A stretch of DNA of 64,000 nucleotides from an uncultured Bacteroidales bacterium (GTDB lineage: Bacteria; Bacteroidota; Bacteroidia; Bacteroidales; WCHB1-69): NCBI GenBank assembly GCA_947167635.1, contig CAMVIT010000006.1:4172-68171 (forward strand), read 5' to 3'. Every line of letters begins with the position of its first letter. Within the stretch, counting starts at the first letter, position 1. The notes under the pieces are model-generated. The model was given only the letters and a program-made list of their open reading frames with translations. It ran no database searches and was not told where the DNA came from. Positions 19,650 through 29,462 of this stretch are shown in pieces. A program made the translations under genes and the position numbers.

Positions 19650-21200
19650 ATGCGAAAAGAATTCAACATAACCGGCAGTTGTAATCCCGAATGGCACTAC
19701 ATGGTGGATTCCGCCAAGCGATTCGAGGCGGTGGAGCGCCTGATCGACACAGGCAAGTACTTCACCATCAACCGGGCGCGGCAGTACGGGAAGACCACCA
19801 CATTGCAAATGATATGGCGCAGGTTGTCGGACCGGTATTTGATTATCGACTGTAGTTTCGAAGGCATTGATGATAACGCTTTCTCCTCACATGCCGCGTT
19901 TGCCAAGATGTTCGCAAGACAAATGGCTAACCGTTTGGAATCGAGACGTATTGAAGAGGGAATGGTAAATATTTGGAAAGATTGTATGGCCAAAGACTTG
20001 GACGAGTTGTCGGAAACGATAACTCGTTTCACCAAGCAATCTCCCAAGCCTGTTGTGCTGACCATTGACGAAGTGGATAAGAGTAGTGACAACCAGCTGT
20101 TCCTCAATTTCTTGGGTATGCTTCGCAACAAGTATCTGCAACGTAGTGTGGAGGGATTGAACTCCACATTCCACAGTGTGATTCTGGCCGGCGTGTATGA
20201 CGTCAAGAACCTTAAGCTGAAGCTCCGTCCCGATGCGGAGAGAAAGTACAACTCCCCGTGGAACATCGCCGCCGATTTCAATGTGGACATGACCTTCCAT
20301 CCCGAGGAGATCGCCCAGATGCTCGGCGATTACGAAAACGACATGCATACGGGCATGGACATCAAGGCGATAGGCGAAGAGATTTACAGATACACGAACG
20401 GGTACCCGTTTTTGGTGAGTTACATTTGCAAACTGATTGACGAACAGTTTTCCAGGCAGTGGGACGCTGATGGCATTCTTCAAGCCGTAAAATACATCGT
20501 GCAGGGAGGCAGTACGTTGATGGACGACCTTTCCAAGAATTTGGAGCATTATCCGGACTTTCGCGAGTTCATGTTCCAAGTGGCTTTCAACAGTGAGGAT
20601 TATGCCTACACGTTGCTGAACCCGATGGTCAACATGGGAAACATGTTCTCATATATCCAAAACAGAAACGGTCGGGTGGCTGTACACAATCTTGTCTTTG
20701 AGGAGGCACTATTCCTTTATTTCACAGTGGATTACAGTATTAAAAATACGGCAAGACTATCACCGTTTATGACCAATTACGTTGTGAATGGGAGGCTGGA
20801 TATGGAACATGTGCTCACCCGTTTCAGAGACCTGCTGCATGAGGAGTACCGCGACAGCACGCAGGCTTTTTTGGAGAAGGAGGGAAGACTTCTTTTCCTG
20901 ACGTTCCTGAAACCCATCGTCAACGGCACGGGATTCTACTATGTGGAGCCGCAGACCCGCGACAACCGCCGCATGGACCTCATCGTGACCTACGGCCGGG
21001 AGGAGTTCGTGGTGGAGCTGAAGATCTGGCGCGGCGACAAATACGAGCAAAAGGGCCGCGACCAGCTGTCGGAGTATCTCGCTACCAAAGGCATGGACGA
21101 AGGCTACCTCATCACTTTCGACTTCTCGAAAAACAGGGAGGATAAGGTGCCGGAGTGGATCGAATGGAACGGGAAACGGATTTTTGAGGCGGTGATATAG
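19650..21200 (+). CDS. predicted AAA-ATPase fused to a PD-(D/E)xK domain (AAA-ATPase_like / PDDEXK_9 architecture)
   Basis: Walker A RARQYGKTTT, Walker B VVLTIDEVD. C-terminal RRMDLIVTY...FVVELKIW gives the D...ExK motif. Start placed at MRKEFNITG. Confidence 0.75.
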   Translation: MRKEFNITGSCNPEWHYMVDSAKRFEAVERLIDTGKYFTINRARQYGKTTTLQMIWRRLSDRYLIIDCSFEGIDDNAFSSHAAFAKMFARQMANRLESRRIEEGMVNIWKDCMAKDLDELSETITRFTKQSPKPVVLTIDEVDKSSDNQLFLNFLGMLRNKYLQRSVEGLNSTFHSVILAGVYDVKNLKLKLRPDAERKYNSPWNIAADFNVDMTFHPEEIAQMLGDYENDMHTGMDIKAIGEEIYRYTNGYPFLVSYICKLIDEQFSRQWDADGILQAVKYIVQGGSTLMDDLSKNLEHYPDFREFMFQVAFNSEDYAYTLLNPMVNMGNMFSYIQNRNGRVAVHNLVFEEALFLYFTVDYSIKNTARLSPFMTNYVVNGRLDMEHVLTRFRDLLHEEYRDSTQAFLEKEGRLLFLTFLKPIVNGTGFYYVEPQTRDNRRMDLIVTYGREEFVVELKIWRGDKYEQKGRDQLSEYLATKGMDEGYLITFDFSKNREDKVPEWIEWNGKRIFEAVI

Positions 21201-21223
21201 TTCGATAAATAACTACTACTGCT

Positions 21224-24200
21224 TTGCAACGCCTTGTCTGCCTGTTTGTCTTGATGCTCGCTTGCTTGCTTTCCATAGCACAGCAGCAGTTTCCCTATAC
21301 GGTCGTCATCGACACCGTGGTGGGCGACTGTTTCAACAACTGCCAGGCCGTTGTCACGTTGCGTAACGCTCAAGGGCATCTTATCCCGATGGACGACTCG
21401 CTACATCATCCGGTCGATTCCGTTGCCTATCCTATCTCCAACGTGCAGTACCATTACAAAAACCAACTCTATAACAGCGTCTTCTACAGCGACAGCCATA
21501 TCCTGACGATGGACGTGGGTACATACGATATCGGTGTTTCCGGCTATGTGACAACGCCGTCGGGGCCGGTTTTGGTGGACACCACGTTATGTGGGATCGC
21601 GCTCACCAGTACCTATAACCCCTTTTCCGCCTCGGTGCTGGCGAACATAGCCGAGGATGACTATATCTATTGGGGAGGAAGGCACGAACGCTGCGGCAAC
21701 CGGCACGCATTGCCCTGCGGTGACCGTGGACGAGTGCAAATGAAACTCACCTCGGGCAAATTTCCCTATACCGTGATTTTTACCAACGCGCAACAGGACA
21801 CCGTCCGCTATAGGGTCTTCAACCAGCCGCAACACAACGGGACGGACTCCACATACGCTGATTACAGATACTACTACACATTCGACAGCTTGCCCGCAGG
21901 CACATACCGCATTGAGGCTTTTGATGCCTGCTCCTATACCTTGGTCTTCAGCCATACGGTGGAACTGAACGATGTGCGTGTGAACTCTCTCCAGTTCAAA
22001 AGAAACCCCAACAATTATGCTGACTCCAACACCGTAAGGTTCAGGGCGTATTTTTACTGCCCGAGGAGTGTCTATAACTATGACTACGACTTTCTCGGGA
22101 CCCTTTTCGAATACCGCTTCATTCACACGAACGGAGTCGGCCTGCCCGACACCTCGTCATGGCGCCCGATTGACGGGGCTTCGGTGTCGAACGCAGGTGT
22201 CGGCATATACTGTGACACGTTGAGCTTCGCCGGTAGGTATTGCGACTTGTACGGACACACCGTCCGTTTCGAGGTCCGCGACTCATGCCGTCAGGAAACC
22301 GCATCAGTGACGATGACATTAACCCCGCCTGACACCACATGTTATGTGACAGAAATGCGGAGCGCCGCGCTCTGTTTCGGACAGGTTGTTCCAGACACTT
22401 GTCATGCAACGTGTGATTCAGCAGTGGATTTTACGGAGTGGTATCGTATCTGGTACAATTGTGGCCACTACAACGGCTATACAAATTACACTGGCTCCAA
22501 TCTTTTCTACTACACCTACCCTTTGCAATGGGTTTACACGGACTCTGCAACGGGACAGGTGATAAAAACGGACCCGGTGAATGAGATTACCGTGCAGTCC
22601 TACTTGACAAATACTGATGTGGAGAGCGTTTACGGCACATACTCCTACCTTCCGCTGCCTGTCGTGCGTTCGCTTGTTGATGCGCACGGCTGTGTGATCA
22701 TGAGCCGTTTCGACACCTTGCTGTTTGTGCGCGACACGACACCTGCCATAGAATTCTATCCATGGAAGATCAATTCCAATTTCAATCGCAATAACTACTC
22801 GTCATGCTTTAACTGGAACCGTACCATCAGCGTGTATGAAGAGGGATCGCCATTCCCTTTGTTCCGGGATTCGACCGTGGTGCGCCTTGTCAAAAGTCCG
22901 CTCTACAATTTGTACAACTTCACCGCCACCTATGCCAATGGCGGATGGACAATCGTGAAAGATGACACGATACACAATGACGCGAATGTCGAGGCAACGG
23001 GCATGAATGTCTCTATCAGTGAAAACCATTTGTCCGGGGGACTCTATATCTTTGTGTGCGAGACCCCCTGCGGCATTGACACGCTGCAGATTGACATTGA
23101 CGGCATCTATTATAACGATTGGGAATGGATTGAGGAGCCTGTTTACGAAACTTGGCAGGAGTGTAATGACTTGCTTGTCAAGCCTGTGGCCGGGAAATAC
23201 AGGTCTTACACTTACCACATCGACTCCCAGGTGAGCAATGACGAGCCCATCGCTTCATATTACGATTATTATCCGGGTATCACCTTGCTTTCAGGAGAAG
23301 TGGGCGGCTACTCTGCCACGTCAACCTCCATGAATGTGCCGTTCCGGTTCACCATTCCCGGAGAGTACGTCATAAGAATGTCTTTCTCGGGATGCTATGA
23401 GATCTATTCCCGCATTGACACCATCCATTTTGTGCGGGTACGGGTGGATTTTGACAAGGCATACGCGGTGGTGTGCGATTCTTCGGCAAATACTGGAACG
23501 GCCATCGCCCGTGCTTTCAATGGATCAAGGCCATACACATACAGGCTTTTCAGTCAGCCTGACATGCACGGCAGCCTGTTGGGAACCAACCAAAGCGGTT
23601 TGTTTTACAATATTCCTATGTCTTTGGGGCAGGAACTGTCCATTCAGGTGACAGATTCCTGTGAAAGCAGCTACTATCTCAACATCGCCGCCATGTCGAT
23701 AGAACAGAGTCAGCTGTTGTGGTTTGAGGGCGGGCCCCCCGACCCCGGAGCATGTGTGGGAGACACTCTCACCTTGGAGGCTTTCCCGATGAATAGCTTC
23801 ATCACCTATTCTTGGCAGGGCCCTATGAATTTCGCCGCAACGGGTGAGCAAATCAGTTACTATGTGACTGATACACTATCGAAAGGGTGGATAGTGGTGG
23901 AACTTTTGAATACGGGTTGCCAGACAACAGTCAAGGACAGCCTTTACCTGAATGTGTTCTCTACTCCGCAAGTGTTCATTAGCGCAGTGAACACGGTCTG
24001 CGCTGGCGATACAGTTGAGGTGCAGCTTACCGCACGGGGGGCTGGCACTGTCAATTTTAATATGGGACACTCATTCGATGGCGCACAGTCATTCCAGTCC
24101 CTGTCCGTGCTGGATCAAGACACACTCTCTCTGCTCTTTCCGATTGAATCGGACAACCTCTTCTGGGTGACTCAGGTTGCCGACCAGTACTGTTCCGGCA

Positions 24201-25702
24201 ATCAGCAAGCCGACACGGTTCAAGTGTCGCTGTACTCTATCACCTCTTCGGCGGACTCCAATCACATCTCCGGCGATGACTTGCTGGTTTGCTATGGCAG
24301 TGATGCCATGCTTTTCGTTACATCAGACTTGAACTCATCCTGCATATTGAGTTGGTACGATAATGATTTGCAAAGTGTTGTGATGCAACAAGACACGCTG
24401 CATTCTGCAGCTGATACTTCCATCTACACGATTCCACAACTTGTGGCGGACACGACTTTGTATGTGGCGGCGTGGTATCAGGACAACTGTCCTGCCCATA
24501 TCGGGAGGGCGGACCTTTGGATGAATATGCAAGACGGAACAACGTTGATTTTGCCCGGTCAGGGTGTGCGGCTATATGATTCAGGTGGAGACGGATCCCC
24601 ATACGCAAACAACGAAGCGCTTACGCATACGTTCCAATCCCCGAACAACAGTCTTTTCCTTGTGCGTTTCAACAGCTTCGGGGTGGCCGCAGGCGACACG
24701 CTGTTTGTGTATTCAAATGGAACTATTGTGGGGACCTATACGGGCACGACGCTGCCCGACGACCTGACGCTGCCGACATCATCCCTGACTTTCCGCTTTG
24801 TTTCGGACCATTTCGTCACCGCTTTAGGATGGAGTATTGACATTCTGACGCCTGCGGCGATGACTGAGGTCAGTGCCAGTGTGATTCATTTCTTTGACAC
24901 ATTGACGACCACTGTCTGTCAAACGGGCGAACCGTTCTCCTATTCCGCATTCACGCAAATAGATATTTCCGATACGGGCATTTTCCAGCTGGATACGACG
25001 TTGTTCTCCGTGATGGGGTGCGACAGCAATATTACGTTGAAGGTTGAGGTACTGCCTGTCAAAAGCAGTTCTTTGGACACGGTTATCTGTGAAGGACGCG
25101 AGATTGTGTTGGGCGACTACCACTATGCGGCGGACGGTGTGTATCAGTGTAATTTCACGGCAGACAATGGTTGCGACAGCGTGGTCACCGTCCTGTTGGA
25201 TGTTATCGAAAGCACTACGCAGATCATCTCCTCGGAGGAGGATTTCTGCGAACAGGTCTTCACAATCTTGTCGTTGCCGGATGTCTGGGAGGATTACCGT
25301 TGGAGCACCGGGGCCACAACACCCGTGTTGGAGGTCGTGGTTCCCGGTACCTACTCGGTGACAACCCATCGACAGGGATGCGAGGTTACGGCCAGTTGTA
25401 CCATCCCGCTCTGTGAATGGGAATTGTACCTCCCGAATGCCATCACGCCAGGCAACTCCGACGGCCTGAACGATTGTTTTTCTCTTTTGGAGGTCCAGAA
25501 GCGCTGGATTGTGGACTTCGAGATATTTGTTTACGACCGGTGGGGTGAGGTGGTTTACTCTTCACGGGATAAGAATTTCAGATGGTACGGATCGGTCAAC
25601 GGTCAGATTTATCCGAATGTTGTATATAACTATATTATCCGCTTGAAGGACATTTATGGAGAGCGGTATCTCCGTAAAGGCATGATTGTGGTGTTAAAGT
25701 AG
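21224..25702 (+). CDS. large secreted protein with a T9SS type B (gliding-motility-associated) C-terminal sorting domain
   Basis: Signal peptide. The C-terminal ~90 aa match the type B CTD pattern (LPNAITPGNSDGLNDCF...FVYDRWGEVVYSS...WYGSVNGQ...VYNYIIRL). A CUB-like segment and two GCDS modules are present. The start is a TTG in the ORF track and is uncertain. Confidence 0.8.
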   Translation: MQRLVCLFVLMLACLLSIAQQQFPYTVVIDTVVGDCFNNCQAVVTLRNAQGHLIPMDDSLHHPVDSVAYPISNVQYHYKNQLYNSVFYSDSHILTMDVGTYDIGVSGYVTTPSGPVLVDTTLCGIALTSTYNPFSASVLANIAEDDYIYWGGRHERCGNRHALPCGDRGRVQMKLTSGKFPYTVIFTNAQQDTVRYRVFNQPQHNGTDSTYADYRYYYTFDSLPAGTYRIEAFDACSYTLVFSHTVELNDVRVNSLQFKRNPNNYADSNTVRFRAYFYCPRSVYNYDYDFLGTLFEYRFIHTNGVGLPDTSSWRPIDGASVSNAGVGIYCDTLSFAGRYCDLYGHTVRFEVRDSCRQETASVTMTLTPPDTTCYVTEMRSAALCFGQVVPDTCHATCDSAVDFTEWYRIWYNCGHYNGYTNYTGSNLFYYTYPLQWVYTDSATGQVIKTDPVNEITVQSYLTNTDVESVYGTYSYLPLPVVRSLVDAHGCVIMSRFDTLLFVRDTTPAIEFYPWKINSNFNRNNYSSCFNWNRTISVYEEGSPFPLFRDSTVVRLVKSPLYNLYNFTATYANGGWTIVKDDTIHNDANVEATGMNVSISENHLSGGLYIFVCETPCGIDTLQIDIDGIYYNDWEWIEEPVYETWQECNDLLVKPVAGKYRSYTYHIDSQVSNDEPIASYYDYYPGITLLSGEVGGYSATSTSMNVPFRFTIPGEYVIRMSFSGCYEIYSRIDTIHFVRVRVDFDKAYAVVCDSSANTGTAIARAFNGSRPYTYRLFSQPDMHGSLLGTNQSGLFYNIPMSLGQELSIQVTDSCESSYYLNIAAMSIEQSQLLWFEGGPPDPGACVGDTLTLEAFPMNSFITYSWQGPMNFAATGEQISYYVTDTLSKGWIVVELLNTGCQTTVKDSLYLNVFSTPQVFISAVNTVCAGDTVEVQLTARGAGTVNFNMGHSFDGAQSFQSLSVLDQDTLSLLFPIESDNLFWVTQVADQYCSGNQQADTVQVSLYSITSSADSNHISGDDLLVCYGSDAMLFVTSDLNSSCILSWYDNDLQSVVMQQDTLHSAADTSIYTIPQLVADTTLYVAAWYQDNCPAHIGRADLWMNMQDGTTLILPGQGVRLYDSGGDGSPYANNEALTHTFQSPNNSLFLVRFNSFGVAAGDTLFVYSNGTIVGTYTGTTLPDDLTLPTSSLTFRFVSDHFVTALGWSIDILTPAAMTEVSASVIHFFDTLTTTVCQTGEPFSYSAFTQIDISDTGIFQLDTTLFSVMGCDSNITLKVEVLPVKSSSLDTVICEGREIVLGDYHYAADGVYQCNFTADNGCDSVVTVLLDVIESTTQIISSEEDFCEQVFTILSLPDVWEDYRWSTGATTPVLEVVVPGTYSVTTHRQGCEVTASCTIPLCEWELYLPNAITPGNSDGLNDCFSLLEVQKRWIVDFEIFVYDRWGEVVYSSRDKNFRWYGSVNGQIYPNVVYNYIIRLKDIYGERYLRKGMIVVLK

Positions 25703-25725
25703 AATCATGCAAAAATGCTCCTCAA

Positions 25726-26322
25726 TTACTCCGCAAACACCGCCGTCTTGCCGCATTGTTTCAGGAATGTCGCGATGGTGGCTTTTGCCTTTTCGTTCGC
25801 TTTCTTGCGGTTCTCGGGCGTGTTGTAGCGACTCTCAATCCGTCGCTCTACACGCTGTATGAGCGGCTTGGCATCGTATTGCACGGCATTCTCCTCGCCT
25901 TCATTGTCCGACTTGAACCACGAGGAGAGCGTGGACTGCGAGAACTCCACGGGAGGCAGGATGACCCTTACGGTGTCGGAGTTTTCCACGGCCTGGTATT
26001 GTACTTTGTCAAGGTCCATGGTGAGGCTCACCTGCTGCTTGAGTATCTGCACGCAGTCGTGCTTGCGCTTGAGGATGCCGTTGTCCTTGCCCAAAATTGA
26101 ACTGCCGAGGCCGCTGCCGTAGAAGCTCTCCTTGGCATAGTCCTCGGTGATGGTCGAGTAAAGGTACAGGATGCCGACGGGGCGGGAGGACTCGATGACG
26201 GTGGGGGTCTCTTTCAAGGTGATGTCGTTGCCGGCCTTGCGAAAGCTGAGGCGACTGAGCAGGCTTGCAATGGCAACCAACAGGATGACGGCGCTGAGGA
26301 TGAGGATATGTTTGGGTTTCAT
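25726..26322 (-). CDS. membrane-anchored hypothetical protein (DUF4230-like)
   Basis: 198 aa with a single N-terminal TM segment. The size and layout match its neighbour. The family call is from memory only. Confidence 0.6.
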   Translation of the reverse strand: MKPKHILILSAVILLVAIASLLSRLSFRKAGNDITLKETPTVIESSRPVGILYLYSTITEDYAKESFYGSGLGSSILGKDNGILKRKHDCVQILKQQVSLTMDLDKVQYQAVENSDTVRVILPPVEFSQSTLSSWFKSDNEGEENAVQYDAKPLIQRVERRIESRYNTPENRKKANEKAKATIATFLKQCGKTAVFAE

Positions 26323-26334
26323 GACAATGCGGCT

Positions 26335-26934
26335 TTAGTGGATGAACACGGGGTGGAGACCGATGGCTGTCAGCATGGAGGTGAACACCAGTTCGGTGTT
26401 GTGGGTCAGCTCGTCGGACAACTGTTGCTGGATGACCTTGTCTTGCTTCAGGACATCTTCAAAAGCCATGGTCTTGATTTGCTGGATGGTGGTCTCGCCC
26501 ACCTTGTCGCGCAAACCGGTCGAGATGGCCACAATCTCATTCTGGTCGGTATAGGGGACGAACGATTTGTCGATGACCTTCGCTTTGGGAAGGCGGATTT
26601 CGATGCTGTCCTCACTAATGAAACGAAGGTCTTTTTCGGTCAGCTCGTCAAGGTCGATACCGTAGCGGATGGTCACATCCACGGGGATGACACACAGTCG
26701 TCTGCCGAGTTTCCATCGGGTGGGGTTGAGGGTGGTCAATTGCGTCTCGGAGTCATAGATGCCCATCTTGCGGATGGTCACCTCCGTGGAGGCCACCTGC
26801 GACTGGGCCTGCAACATCCCGATGATTTCTCCTGTGGAAGGAGTGGGCCGATCCGGTCCCTTGACAGGCCAATATATGGCGAGAAGCAGTGCCAGAATGC
26901 TGATGGCCAATATAATCCAATATTTCCGTTTCAT
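26335..26934 (-). CDS. membrane-anchored hypothetical protein (DUF4230-like), tandem paralogue
   Basis: 199 aa with an N-terminal TM segment, located 13 nt upstream of 25726-26322. Confidence 0.6.
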   Translation of the reverse strand: MKRKYWIILAISILALLLAIYWPVKGPDRPTPSTGEIIGMLQAQSQVASTEVTIRKMGIYDSETQLTTLNPTRWKLGRRLCVIPVDVTIRYGIDLDELTEKDLRFISEDSIEIRLPKAKVIDKSFVPYTDQNEIVAISTGLRDKVGETTIQQIKTMAFEDVLKQDKVIQQQLSDELTHNTELVFTSMLTAIGLHPVFIH

Positions 26935-27054
26935 AATTTGCCGTTTTTTTTAAGAACGCAAATGTACATAAATTATGAATACACCGGATGGGGTGTCGCA
27001 GAGCTGATTCATTAAGGTCCGGCGATAATATGATGGACCGTGGTGTTGTGACAG

Positions 27055-27771
27055 CTACTGAAGCTGCAGCAGGTATTGGCGGATGGTCTCTTGCAGGCCC
27101 AGATAAAGGGCGTCGCAGATCAGGGCATGGCCGATGGAGACCTCCAGCAGGCCGGGGATGTGCTCTTGGAAATACCGCAGATTCACCAGCGAGAGGTCAT
27201 GGCCGGCATTCAATCCGATCTGTTGCCGCTCGGCTTCCTGCGCGGCCAGCACGAAGTCGCGGATGGCGGCCTCGCGGTCCTTCAGGTAGTTGGCGGCATA
27301 CGACTCTGTGTAGAGCTCCACGCGGTCGGTGGCCGTCTCCTTGGCATGCACGATCATCTGCGGGTCGGCGTTGACGAAGATGCTGGTGCGGATGCCCTTG
27401 GCGTGCAGCTGCCCGATGATGTCGGTGAGGAAAGCCTTGTTGCGGAGGGTGTCCCAACCAGCGTTAGAGGTCAGCGCCTCGGGCGGGTCGGGCACCAAGG
27501 TGACTTGCGTGGGCACAATGTCCAGCACCAATTGCATGAACCTGTCGGACGGATAACCCTCGATGTTGAACTCCGTGGTGACGATTTTCTTGAGGTCGTA
27601 CACGTCCTGGTAGCGGATGTGCCGCTCGTCGGGACGCGGATGGACGGTGATGCCCTGAGCGCCGAAACGCTCACAGTCTTTGGCCACTTGGATCAGGTCG
27701 GGCATGTTGCCTCCGCGGGCATTGCGGATGGTCGCGACCTTGTTGATGTTAACGCTAAGTCTGGTGTTCAT
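27055..27771 (-). CDS. pdxJ: pyridoxine 5'-phosphate synthase
   Basis: [18 protein letters not shown]-terminus, HPRPDERH motif, 238 aa. Confidence 0.92.
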   Translation of the reverse strand: MNTRLSVNINKVATIRNARGGNMPDLIQVAKDCERFGAQGITVHPRPDERHIRYQDVYDLKKIVTTEFNIEGYPSDRFMQLVLDIVPTQVTLVPDPPEALTSNAGWDTLRNKAFLTDIIGQLHAKGIRTSIFVNADPQMIVHAKETATDRVELYTESYAANYLKDREAAIRDFVLAAQEAERQQIGLNAGHDLSLVNLRYFQEHIPGLLEVSIGHALICDALYLGLQETIRQYLLQLQ

Positions 27772-27801
27772 AGGGGGATGTGTTTCTTGGTTGTTGAATG
27801 G

Positions 27802-29055
27802 TTAAGATGAATGCGAGCTGCTGACGGCCAATTCTTTCGGGAGATATAAATTAGAGTCTCCGTAGCTGAGAAAACGATAGTCGTGGTCAAGGGCGTGACG
27901 GTAGATGGCGTGCCACTCGTTGCCGACAAAGGCGGCGATGAGCAGCAGAAGAGTGCTCTTGGGTTGGTGGAAATTGGTGACAATGCCCTGCACGACGCGA
28001 GGCTTGTAGGTGGGGAGGATGATGAGCCGTGTGGCGGCCTGCAGGAGGTCTGTGCTTTGCCGCTCCAGATGGCCGCGGATGGCGGTGAGAGACTCTTCGA
28101 GGGAGATTTCCCGCAGCGCGGTGTCGTCGTAGATCTCCCATTGTTCCACCAGCAGCGGGTTTGGACGCCCGAGTCGCAGCTTGGCCCCGATGATGAAGAG
28201 CGACTCCAATGTGCGGGCCACGGTGGTGCCCACTGCAATGCGCCGGCGCAGCCGACTGCCCAACAGCAGCTCTATGAGCGCTTCCGTGATGACGATCTTC
28301 TCCTCGTGCATGTAATGCTCCCCGATGGTCTCCGTGGAAACGGGCTTGAAGGTGCCGGCCCCGACATGCAGGGTGATGTACTCCGTGTCGATGCCTTTGG
28401 CGTGCAGAGCGTCGAAGACTTCGGGCGTGAAATGCAGCCCGGCGGTGGGGGCGGCCACGGAGCCGTCGTAGCGTGCATAGACGGTTTGGTAGCGTTGCTC
28501 GTCATCGGCGGTGGCGTCGCGCTTGATGTAGGGTGGGAGCGGAATCTTGCCATAGTGCTCCAGCCATTCGGCGAAAGAGACATCGGCGGCATCCCAGTCG
28601 AAGGTGACCTCGAAGGAGGCCCCCTCCAGATTCTCGCCACGCGTGGCGGTGATGCGGACCATTCGGTCGCCGATGGGCACATCGATATAGAGCGGGTGCT
28701 TCCAACGCTTGGCGTTGCCCACCATGCACTTCCATGTCACTGTGCCGGTCTGGGCGAAAGCTGTCGCGGGGTCGGATGTGGGGGAGAGGGGCTCCAGACA
28801 GAAAATCTCAATGGCCGCGCCCGTGGTGTTGTGGACCAACAGCCGCGCATGGATGACCTTGGAGTCGTTCAGGATAAGCAGGTCGCCGGAGTTGAGCTGG
28901 TCCGCCAGCTGGCAGAAACGGCTGTCCGTGATCTTCCCGTCCTTGTAAACCAACAGCTTCGACTGGTCGCGTTGTGCCACGGGGAAGAAGGCGATGCGGT
29001 CTTCTGGCAGCTCGTAGTCGTAGTCTTCGATGCGTATGTCTCTGTCGTTTGTCAT
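27802..29055 (-). CDS. queA: S-adenosylmethionine:tRNA ribosyltransferase-isomerase
   Basis: IEDYDYELPEDRIAFFP N-terminus, TVARTLES, GDSNLY. Start set at MTNDRD because the -7 box at 29064-29071 lies inside the longer ORF. Confidence 0.9.
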   Translation of the reverse strand: MTNDRDIRIEDYDYELPEDRIAFFPVAQRDQSKLLVYKDGKITDSRFCQLADQLNSGDLLILNDSKVIHARLLVHNTTGAAIEIFCLEPLSPTSDPATAFAQTGTVTWKCMVGNAKRWKHPLYIDVPIGDRMVRITATRGENLEGASFEVTFDWDAADVSFAEWLEHYGKIPLPPYIKRDATADDEQRYQTVYARYDGSVAAPTAGLHFTPEVFDALHAKGIDTEYITLHVGAGTFKPVSTETIGEHYMHEEKIVITEALIELLLGSRLRRRIAVGTTVARTLESLFIIGAKLRLGRPNPLLVEQWEIYDDTALREISLEESLTAIRGHLERQSTDLLQAATRLIILPTYKPRVVQGIVTNFHQPKSTLLLLIAAFVGNEWHAIYRHALDHDYRFLSYGDSNLYLPKELAVSSSHSS

Positions 29056-29063
29056 AGCGGCGG

Positions 29064-29071
29064 CAAAAATA
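29064..29071 (-). promoter_or_regulatory. -7 box (TATTTTTG) for queA, very short leader
   Basis: Minus-strand TATTTTTGCCGCCGCTATGAC. The box ends 8 nt before the ATG. Confidence 0.5.
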
Positions 29072-29179
29072 CGAAATTTAAGGGCTGTAGTGAGAAAAAG
29101 AAGCATGGGGAACGGCCTTTTTTCTCCGGTATGTATGTAATATATTGAATTTTAGCATGATAAAAAAGAAAAGGAAGAA

Positions 29180-29209
29180 TTTGCCAAAATGAAAAAAAGT
29201 GTATTTTTG
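29180..29209 (+). promoter_or_regulatory. promoter of the tRNA-Pro/tRNA-Arg pair (-33 TTTG plus -7 TATTTTTG)
   Basis: TTTG at 29180-29183, an 18-nt spacer, then TATTTTTG at 29202-29209. The tRNA starts 12 nt downstream. Confidence 0.6.
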
Positions 29210-29220
29210 CAGCCTCGAAA

Positions 29221-29295
29221 CGGGATATAGCGTAGTCCGGTTATCGCGCCTGCTTTGGGAGCAGGAGGTCGCCTGTTCGAATCAGGCTATCCCGA
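29221..29295 (+). tRNA. tRNA-Pro (anticodon TGG)
   Basis: Hand-folded cloverleaf. Acceptor cgggata/tatcccg, anticodon stem cctgc/gcagg with loop TTTGGGA, T-loop TTCGAAT. Confidence 0.9.
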
Positions 29296-29302
29296 CGCGG
29301 AT

Positions 29303-29376
29303 GGTTCCGTAGCTCAACTGGATAGAGCAGCTGCCTTCTAAGCAGCAGGTTCTGCGTTCGAGTCGCAGCGGAATCA
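29303..29376 (+). tRNA. tRNA-Arg (anticodon TCT)
   Basis: Acceptor ggttccg/cggaatc (one G-U pair), anticodon stem gctgc/gcagc with loop CTTCTAA, T-arm ctgcg-TTCGAGT-cgcag. Confidence 0.9.
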
Positions 29377-29386
29377 CGAAGGAAAG

Positions 29387-29425
29387 GCAAGCATTTATGG
29401 CAATCGCTGTAAGTGCTTGCTTTTT
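29387..29425 (+). terminator. probable terminator of the tRNA pair
   Basis: Stem gcaagca(t)/(g)tgcttgc with a long loop, followed by TTTTT. Confidence 0.45.
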
Positions 29426-29462
29426 AGGGAATACAAGCTGTGTGGACGTCCCAAAACTCCCC

